From: a virus
Length of the DNA stretch: 64,000 bases
Direction: 5' to 3' (one strand)
Virus record (IMG/VR): IMGVR_UViG_3300044961_000421
Coordinates: 16,876 to 80,875 of that record
Positions within the stretch are counted from its first letter, which is position 1; each line of letters starts with the position of its first letter. The notes beneath the pieces were generated by a model. The model did no database searches. It was given only the letters and a program-made list of their open reading frames with translations, and had not been told where the DNA came from. Both the position numbers and the translations under genes were made by a program. Below are positions 57,108 to 64,000 of this stretch, piece after piece.

Positions 57108-58133
57108 CTACCAAGGTTTGAAGTTTTGATTCCTCTGATTAAATGCTTGTTTTCCGAGATCAACAACATTTTTCGAATCAATGCTTCCTTTCGGGATACA
57201 TTCTGCGTCAATTGCCCGATAAGCGGTGGCCCATGCCTCGGCAACCTCAGGTGAAAACCGGTTCAAACAACGCTTGATCGCCCCCAAACGGTCTTTTCCA
57301 CCAGTAACTAAAGCATATGTTGCTACAATATGACCAATACGGCGCGTGGAGATAACATCCATACTTTCTCCCTGCCTATACGTCATCCGTATTTGTTGAG
57401 CCCATTTTGCCAAACATTTGGCAAAAGTTTTATGTTCCTTTGGATCAAGACCATATTTACTAATCATTCTTAAAATGATATTCTTTTCTGTTTCCTCGGG
57501 AGGAAAATCAGCTTCATAGAGTAACACAAACCTCTCTAGGAGAGCCTCATCCATCAAATTGGATGTAATATATTTTCCGGTCTCATCACTGGTACCTTTT
57601 GTATTAGCGGTAGTACAAATAGTAAATCCTTCTTTCGGATGAATTAATTCATTCGTCTGTTTAATGAGTAGAGGTTTTCCTTCCAAAACGGGCTGAAGGC
57701 ACATAAGCTTCGGACCCGCCTTGTCAAATTCATCCAACAAACAAACAGCACCCCGGATCATTGCAATGACCACAGGTCCATACTGAAATTTGGTTTCTCC
57801 GTTTTCCAAAACATAGTGACCAATTAAACGATCTTCATCCGTTTCGATGGAGATAGGAACACGAACCAATTCCCGCTTTGTGATGGCGCAAGCTTGTTCG
57901 ATTGGAAATGTTTTCCCGCAACCAGAAAGTCCAAAAATTTGAAATGGAAAAAAATTCTTGCTTTCGATAATGGACTTATACTCTTCATAATCCCCATAAG
58001 GTATGAATGTTGGATCAATCTCCGGAACATACGAAATTCCTTTGGCGAAATCCGAATGTGCAAACGATTCGGCGGAATTTTTGGTGGAGTCTTTTGGAAT
58101 AGGAACCACTTTTCTATCAGATGTTAAACTCAT
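57108..58133 (-). CDS. CobS/MoxR-type AAA+ ATPase
   Basis: GLSGCGKT, ETDED.LIG, LLDEFD, TANTKG, DEALLERF, ISTRR. Confidence 0.9.
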   Translation of the reverse strand: MSLTSDRKVVPIPKDSTKNSAESFAHSDFAKGISYVPEIDPTFIPYGDYEEYKSIIESKNFFPFQIFGLSGCGKTFPIEQACAITKRELVRVPISIETDEDRLIGHYVLENGETKFQYGPVVIAMIRGAVCLLDEFDKAGPKLMCLQPVLEGKPLLIKQTNELIHPKEGFTICTTANTKGTSDETGKYITSNLMDEALLERFVLLYEADFPPEETEKNIILRMISKYGLDPKEHKTFAKCLAKWAQQIRMTYRQGESMDVISTRRIGHIVATYALVTGGKDRLGAIKRCLNRFSPEVAEAWATAYRAIDAECIPKGSIDSKNVVDLGKQAFNQRNQNFKPW

Positions 58134-58166
58134 AATGTGTCGTATGTTTCCTTTCTATTCTACTCT

Positions 58167-58330
58167 AATATAGCACACCACAACACGGTTGTCAAAAAAT
58201 ATTTATAATTTTTTACTACCACACCATCATATGTACATAGATACATCATACAACTATATAATGTGTAGAGTGTAGAGAAAGGAAAAAGCGAAAAAAATCC
58301 TTGACAATTAAGCACCAAAGGCGATATCAT
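58167..58330. promoter_or_regulatory. divergent sigma70 promoter pair
   Basis: minus: TTGACA-17-TATATT (58167-58195); plus: TTGACA-18-TATCAT (58301-58330). Confidence 0.75.
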
Positions 58331-58336
58331 ACAAGT

Positions 58337-60730
58337 ATGAATCAAGAAAATACAATCAATCGCAACTCGACAACAACAGACGTGCTTGCTAAAGTTTTGG
58401 CGGTTGAAAATTTAACTGTTATTCATAGTGCAAAAGCTTATACCGCTTCATTTAACACGGAAACCAGAACACTAACACTTCCTTGTTTCGTCAATAATAT
58501 AAAACAAGAAACTAGGAATATGTTCGTTGGGCACGAAGTTGGACATGCTCTTTTTAGTCCAGGATCTTCAGGAGAAAAGAAATCCCTAGATATCATCGAA
58601 AAAGCGATTAGCGAAATTGATCCTGATCCTAATAATAAAAGTATCGTTATGGGTTATCTAAATGTTGTTGAGGATGCAAGGATCGAACGTCTTTTTAAAA
58701 TCCGGTATCCGGGTCTAATTCCTGACTTTAAAATTGGTTATAATGAGCTTTTGGAACGAGATTTCTTCAGAATCCGGAATATTGACATAAATTCTCTCCC
58801 GTTAATTGATAGAATCAATCTTCAGTTTAAGTGTATGAATGCCCCGGAAATCTCAAACCTAGAATTTACATCAGAAGAAAAACAATTCTTGAATAAAATC
58901 CAAAATTCAAAAACTTGGTCTGATGTTGTTTCCGTGACTAAAGAGATTTACGAGTATTCTGCCGGTGATAGAAGTCAAATCAAAAACGAAAACGATATGC
59001 AATTCGTTGATGGAGATGATTCTGGGGAATGGAAGGAAAAAAAAGAAGAAAATGGATCCGAAAAGGGAAATGAAAAGGGTGAGAAAAATGATTCCGGAAA
59101 AGGATCTGAAGAGTCAGATAGCAATGATTCAAAAAATAGTAAATCAGAAAGCAAAAATGATAATTCCGAATCATCCAAATCTAATAAATCATCCGACGAT
59201 TCTGATAATGATTCTGGTGATAGTAACTCTGGTGATGATGAATCAGAATCGAGATCCGGTGAAAATGAAAATGTATCTGAAGATGAGGATGAATATAAAG
59301 ATTCTGGATCCAAAAACAAACAAAATGTAATTAAAGAAGATAGGGAACAGGGTGAATCGAAATCAAAAAACATGATTCGACCGAGTAATAGTCTTGAGGC
59401 CGAGAAAAATAACATTCCTACCAAAAAAAGAATGTGTGCACCGAAAAGTAAAACCTACGAAGCTTTTTCCGAGAATTTAAAGTATTTGGTGGATAAGAAT
59501 GCGAAAAACAATCTTTATCTAAAGATTCCAAAAATCGAACTAAAAGATTTCGTAACAAATTATAAAGTAATCCTAAATGAGTATAGATACATCCGCGATA
59601 CCAAACCCACTTTGTTTGAAGAGGTAAAAAAGCATTTTCTGGATTTCAAGAAAAACAATACCAACAAAATTAATTATCTCTTCACGGAATTTAACCGCAA
59701 AAAGAAAGCGGAAGAGCAACAAAAGGATAAAAATGCAAAATCCGGAACAATTGATTTTTCCAAAATTGTTCACTATAAGTATTCGGATGACATTTTCAAA
59801 TCCAATACAATCAAGTATATCGGAAAAAACCATAGTCTTACCGCTTTTATTGACTTCTCTGGTTCTATGGTAAACAATATTCTCAATACAGTGGAACAGG
59901 CTCTTTGTTTAGCGCTCTTCGCCAAAAAGGCAGGGATTCCTTTTGAACTATATACATTCGGACATTCTTCCTTTAATATGAAACAGGTTCAATACTCTGA
60001 AAATGATATTATGGTGTCTAAAAGTTTTCTTCTCAGACAATTTTTTTCTGTAGATATGACATATGCCGAATTCCATGAAGCATGTGAAAATTTGCTTGCG
60101 GCGACTGGAGTTTTTTCGGGTGTGGCGAGTTACAAAGATTTTCTCGGAACATATACTCCTCTTTCCGATACACTCATCACGGCAATTGTGATCAATGAAA
60201 AAATAGCAAAAGAACGAAAGACAACATATAACCACGTATTGCTCTTAACTGATGGAGTAGGAACCAACCTAATGTCATATTATAGCAAAAACCAGAAAAA
60301 TGTTATTGATTCGAATATCTACAATATCATCATTCATGATCCTGTGACAAAAAAGGATTTCACCTATAACGCAAAAGATTATGGAATGGGTGACCGTGTT
60401 TTTGCGGAGATATTAAGACATAGAACAGGATGTAATATTGTCGGATTCTTTTGTACGGGTGGCGGAAAAGAAGATACGATTAAACGTGCATCCAATTTTA
60501 TTAATAATAAGAACATCACTTTGCTTTCCGCAGAATATGATAGGAATAACTTTATCACCTGTTTCGAAAAGGGATATACTGAATACTACATAATCCCTGG
60601 TGGTAGTTCTTTGGGGATTAAGAATATTCATACTTATGACTTATCAGAATACTATACTCACCTAAAAAAGGATAGAATCCTCCTAAATAGATTTATTCAC
60701 CTCATCACAGAAAAAGGAAAGATGGTTTAA
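58337..60730 (+). CDS. CobT-like metallopeptidase-VWA protein
   Basis: GHEVGHALF, NVVEDARIE, acidic linker, IDFSGSM, LTDG. Confidence 0.85.
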   Translation: MNQENTINRNSTTTDVLAKVLAVENLTVIHSAKAYTASFNTETRTLTLPCFVNNIKQETRNMFVGHEVGHALFSPGSSGEKKSLDIIEKAISEIDPDPNNKSIVMGYLNVVEDARIERLFKIRYPGLIPDFKIGYNELLERDFFRIRNIDINSLPLIDRINLQFKCMNAPEISNLEFTSEEKQFLNKIQNSKTWSDVVSVTKEIYEYSAGDRSQIKNENDMQFVDGDDSGEWKEKKEENGSEKGNEKGEKNDSGKGSEESDSNDSKNSKSESKNDNSESSKSNKSSDDSDNDSGDSNSGDDESESRSGENENVSEDEDEYKDSGSKNKQNVIKEDREQGESKSKNMIRPSNSLEAEKNNIPTKKRMCAPKSKTYEAFSENLKYLVDKNAKNNLYLKIPKIELKDFVTNYKVILNEYRYIRDTKPTLFEEVKKHFLDFKKNNTNKINYLFTEFNRKKKAEEQQKDKNAKSGTIDFSKIVHYKYSDDIFKSNTIKYIGKNHSLTAFIDFSGSMVNNILNTVEQALCLALFAKKAGIPFELYTFGHSSFNMKQVQYSENDIMVSKSFLLRQFFSVDMTYAEFHEACENLLAATGVFSGVASYKDFLGTYTPLSDTLITAIVINEKIAKERKTTYNHVLLLTDGVGTNLMSYYSKNQKNVIDSNIYNIIIHDPVTKKDFTYNAKDYGMGDRVFAEILRHRTGCNIVGFFCTGGGKEDTIKRASNFINNKNITLLSAEYDRNNFITCFEKGYTEYYIIPGGSSLGIKNIHTYDLSEYYTHLKKDRILLNRFIHLITEKGKMV

Positions 60731-62427
60731 CAACCATCTTTCCTTTTTGGTTTATATGCCACAATCACTGGTTCTGTTTTTATCCACTCTTCTTGTCCTT
60801 TCGAATTAATAATACGAGCAAATGAACCGGAAGTTGGTTTTCCGTCTTCTCCTATCCTATTTTGTCCAGGCATATTCATCAACGCCATTTTGTTCACACT
60901 AATTTCCATACCAAATGACCTAAGGATGTTGATTGAATCAGTTAAAAGTGGAAGCCACCTACCATCAAATTGAACATCGGCAATATTCCATAACAAATAC
61001 CGATCTTCTTTCAAATACTCTACAGCAGTCTTTAGAGTAGGGTATAAAAAATTGTCTCTCCATGCTTCATATGTTGAATGTGCCTTATAACTCTGTTTTT
61101 CATCATCACTATACGCTTCTTTTGCAAAATAAGGAGGGCTAGTAAATACTAAATCAAGTTTTCCTTTATATTTTTGAAAATCTGGATTTTTGTGTATGTA
61201 CTCAGAACCTTCTCGAAAAATTTCATATGTATTAATTGGTTCATTTCCAAAAACAACATTAATACGATTAGATTTCACCTTTTCGTTGAAAAATTCAGCA
61301 ACACATTCGTATCTCGTTTTGTTCAATTCTGGTATATAATTATCCGGGTTTGGATCGTTACCGACATAATGAAGTTTAACATAAGAGCCATCAGGTCGCT
61401 TGTGATAATAAGACATAGCACCAAGGATGCGGCCACCCCACCCGGAAGATGGATCATAATATATAATCTCATCCTGATTTTCTATATGCCTTGTATATTT
61501 TTCAATCAAGAATTTGGCTGTCATTGGAGGGAAATTTACAGCAATCTGAATATCTCCAATCCTATATGCCCTAAAAGCATGCGGGAACACCTTCTTTCCA
61601 TATTCAAAAATACGAATATAATAAAGATACTCATCCGAAAGAGGTTGTTTCAAAGTATTCACTTGCTTTGATGAAATTTTTCCATCAATAATAGACTGGA
61701 GCAATTCATCCTTTGTAAAGAATAATTGGTTTTTCAATTCAACCTGCGAATATCCAGTTGATTTATCGGATTTCGGTTTCTTTTTCCCATCAATCCAAAG
61801 ACCCATTTTTTCCTTCAAGCTATTATTTTTATCATTCCACAATTCGATAAATTGGAGTGCCGTATCACACTTAAAAATTTCTTGGTTTGAATTTTTATTT
61901 ACCGTTCTACTAAAATAATAAAATGAATCTCTTCGAATACATTTTCTTGATATCGTTACCAATTTTGAAAACTTAGTCTCATCCGAAAACAAATCATAAA
62001 CACTATATCCATTATTCTTAATAGAATAATTGATTCGTGTTTTCATCATTGTTGGGAAAAATTGATCTACCGCGGTTCCATCTCTTTGTATATTTTGAAA
62101 AACAAGTGTTGTTCCTGTTTCATCCGATAAATCTATCGTTTCAAAACTTCTATTTACACCTTTTTTGGATATCTTTCTGGCTTCCTCTTTTGTTTGATGC
62201 ATATCCACAACATCAATCAATTGCGAAAATTGTTCTATAATTTCCGCTTCAGACAAACCAGATTTCAAAGGACACCCAAATGTGTCCCAGGAATATAAAA
62301 TAGCATCCTTTACCTTCCTCACCCAAGATATAAATTCTTCTTCTGAATAGAACAAAACATCTTCAAAACAAACATTCACATCAGGATTATCCAAAACATA
62401 ATCGTTTCTTTCATAAAATGTTTTCAT
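60727..62427 (-). CDS. amino (N4-C/N6-A) DNA methyltransferase
   Basis: YDPSSGWGGRILG and FTSPPYF. Confidence 0.82.
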   Translation of the reverse strand: MKTFYERNDYVLDNPDVNVCFEDVLFYSEEEFISWVRKVKDAILYSWDTFGCPLKSGLSEAEIIEQFSQLIDVVDMHQTKEEARKISKKGVNRSFETIDLSDETGTTLVFQNIQRDGTAVDQFFPTMMKTRINYSIKNNGYSVYDLFSDETKFSKLVTISRKCIRRDSFYYFSRTVNKNSNQEIFKCDTALQFIELWNDKNNSLKEKMGLWIDGKKKPKSDKSTGYSQVELKNQLFFTKDELLQSIIDGKISSKQVNTLKQPLSDEYLYYIRIFEYGKKVFPHAFRAYRIGDIQIAVNFPPMTAKFLIEKYTRHIENQDEIIYYDPSSGWGGRILGAMSYYHKRPDGSYVKLHYVGNDPNPDNYIPELNKTRYECVAEFFNEKVKSNRINVVFGNEPINTYEIFREGSEYIHKNPDFQKYKGKLDLVFTSPPYFAKEAYSDDEKQSYKAHSTYEAWRDNFLYPTLKTAVEYLKEDRYLLWNIADVQFDGRWLPLLTDSINILRSFGMEISVNKMALMNMPGQNRIGEDGKPTSGSFARIINSKGQEEWIKTEPVIVAYKPKRKDGC

Positions 62428-62870
62428 AGATTATTATTCCCTTTAAAAACATCCATCATCTTCTTTTTTTGTTCTTCATCGAATGTTAAAAGTTTTTTGA
62501 TTTCTTCTTGTATTGCTGCATTGTTTTTTCGTTTTCTTGTTTCTATATCATTTAATTCCGTTTCGTCAAATTCTAAAGCCGCAAAAATGTTCCAAGCAGC
62601 TTGTGCTAAATGATCTTCAACATCATCTCCCTCCATATACAGAAAAATGTGTCTTAGTGCTGAATCCAAAACACGAGAAACTTTCATTCCTTTTTTCCAA
62701 TTGTTTTCTCCATATTTATTGGCGCCTTTTTCATAAACTAATGCCAATCTTTTCAATGGTTTAGGAGGAATCAAATCATATCTTCCCTTTCCCTCCCTAC
62801 AATCACGGCGAGCACCTGTTTCCATCTCTTCCATTTTTTCTGAGGCCCTTATCACATAATTATCCATCAT
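62424..62870 (-). CDS. dATP/dGTP diphosphohydrolase-domain protein (DUF5664)
   Basis: GKGRYDLIP, GANKYGENNWKKG, SALRH, EDHLAQAAWN. Confidence 0.85.
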   Translation of the reverse strand: MMDNYVIRASEKMEEMETGARRDCREGKGRYDLIPPKPLKRLALVYEKGANKYGENNWKKGMKVSRVLDSALRHIFLYMEGDDVEDHLAQAAWNIFAALEFDETELNDIETRKRKNNAAIQEEIKKLLTFDEEQKKKMMDVFKGNNNL

Positions 62871-63358
62871 CTCACCTCCACATATTCGACACCAGATTCA
62901 AAAAACATACGTTGTATTTTAATCATATTTTTAAATTCGTTTTCATAAAATTCATTACCGCGCTCCAATAAAATTCTTTTCCTCTCTTGTACCTTTTCAA
63001 AACGAACCTTAATTATTTTGATTCCGCTTTGAATCAACGCCTTCGCGCATTCTATACATGGGAATATTTCTATATAAGCAGTACATCCTTCCAAAGACAC
63101 ACCACAACGAACAGCATTATAAATCGCATTTCTTTCAGCATGCTCTACCCAAAAATATTTTTCTGGTCGAACCCATCTTTCTTGTTGGTGTTCATCCACA
63201 CCGCGGGCGAAGCCATTGAATCCAGTTGTTCTGATTTCATGGTCTTTTCCAACAATTATACAACCAACCTTAGTATCTGGATCTTTACTTTTTTGTTTTA
63301 TAACATCAACAAGTCCAAAAAAATATTCATCCCATCCAATATTACTATCCTTATTCAT
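62867..63358 (-). CDS. dCMP deaminase
   Basis: SKDPDTKVGC, TGFNG, HAERNAI, PCIECAK. Confidence 0.92.
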   Translation of the reverse strand: MNKDSNIGWDEYFFGLVDVIKQKSKDPDTKVGCIIVGKDHEIRTTGFNGFARGVDEHQQERWVRPEKYFWVEHAERNAIYNAVRCGVSLEGCTAYIEIFPCIECAKALIQSGIKIIKVRFEKVQERKRILLERGNEFYENEFKNMIKIQRMFFESGVEYVEVR

Positions 63359-64000
63359 ATAATCTCCATTTTACTAAAATTATTTTTTAATTCAAATTTA
63401 ATTACTCTCTCAAATTTATCAAAGATTAAATCACCTTTGGGGCTTATTACAAAAATACTAATTGAATTTCCTAATGTATGAAGCAATTTCATAAAATCAT
63501 CAATTCCTTGAGCATCCAATGCGTTATCAAATACTTCATCCAAAATTAATATATTAGTATTTGCACTATTTTTCAATTTTGCAATTTCGCGCCAGGTAAA
63601 AAGCAATGCCAAATCAATCCTTTTCTTTTGCCCTTCAGAAAAAGAGGCATAAGAAAACACATCACGGTGCCTACTCTTCAGCGTTTCATTAAAATTCTCA
63701 TCAAAAACAAAGTTAATAAAAAAATCTAACTCATTTAGATATTTGTTTACCAACTTGTTAATAATAGGGATATATTGTTTCACTATTTGTGTCTTAATAC
63801 CCGAATCTTTTAACATCACATATGCTAATTCATAAACTTCCTTTTCCTCAATGTATTTTTTCTCCTGTTCTTTTAATTTATTCATTTCAGAAATCGAATC
63901 TTTTAATTTTTCCTCATTCTCTACCAATTCCTTTTGTTCGAATTTTCCTGTTGAAATGTTATTCTTTTCATCTTTCAGAGTAGAAATATATTTTTTGTAT
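63355..64000 (-). CDS. 46: gp46 (SbcC/Rad50-like) recombination subunit, C-terminal part
   Basis: LKDSGIK, FSYASFSEGQKKRIDLAL, LILDEVFD; frame is open beyond the window edge. Confidence 0.93.
   Translation of the reverse strand, partial: YKKYISTLKDEKNNISTGKFEQKELVENEEKLKDSISEMNKLKEQEKKYIEEKEVYELAYVMLKDSGIKTQIVKQYIPIINKLVNKYLNELDFFINFVFDENFNETLKSRHRDVFSYASFSEGQKKRIDLALLFTWREIAKLKNSANTNILILDEVFDNALDAQGIDDFMKLLHTLGNSISIFVISPKGDLIFDKFERVIKFELKNNFSKMEII

Noticed and set aside
58965-59424. Alternative-frame ORFs over the acidic linker, and the many short plus-strand ORFs elsewhere
   Set aside because: They are shadows of real genes or tRNAs, with no RBS or motifs.
57108-60730. Cobalamin biosynthesis (cobS/cobT) supporting the B12-dependent RNR
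   Set aside because: The motifs only show a MoxR AAA+/VWA pair common in T4-like phages; no cobN or other cob genes.
1-64000. Stop-codon reassignment
   Set aside because: Core genes are full length in the standard code and no suppressor anticodon is present.

Overview
64 kb AT-rich (~30% GC) segment of a large T4-like myovirus genome. Almost all genes are on the minus strand. It holds the T4 core replication/recombination module (gp46 partial, gp45, gp44, gp62, regA, gp43, uvsX, gp41, gp61, RNase H) and nucleotide-metabolism genes (class II RNR, ThyX, dUTPase, dCMP deaminase, IMPDH/GMPR). It also has PhoH, a CobS/VWA pair, Hsp20, two muralytic enzymes and some late virion-type genes. An ~18 kb accessory block between regA and gp43 holds 24 tRNA genes covering 19 amino acids, several unexplained structured RNAs, a Ro60/TROVE-macrodomain unit preceded by short Y-RNA-like hairpins, an RNA ligase, a Tad2-like sponge, and host-type secreted proteins (PEP-CTERM, malectin). 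Best leads: (1) a phage Ro60 + mini-Y-RNA unit within a broader tRNA maintenance kit; (2) an Acb1-like domain inside a late polyprotein, flanked by prohead-protease-type sites; (3) a stand-alone portal fragment next to a decayed polynucleotide kinase; (4) three unclassified ncRNAs. All assignments come from motifs read by eye. No searches or folding programs were run.
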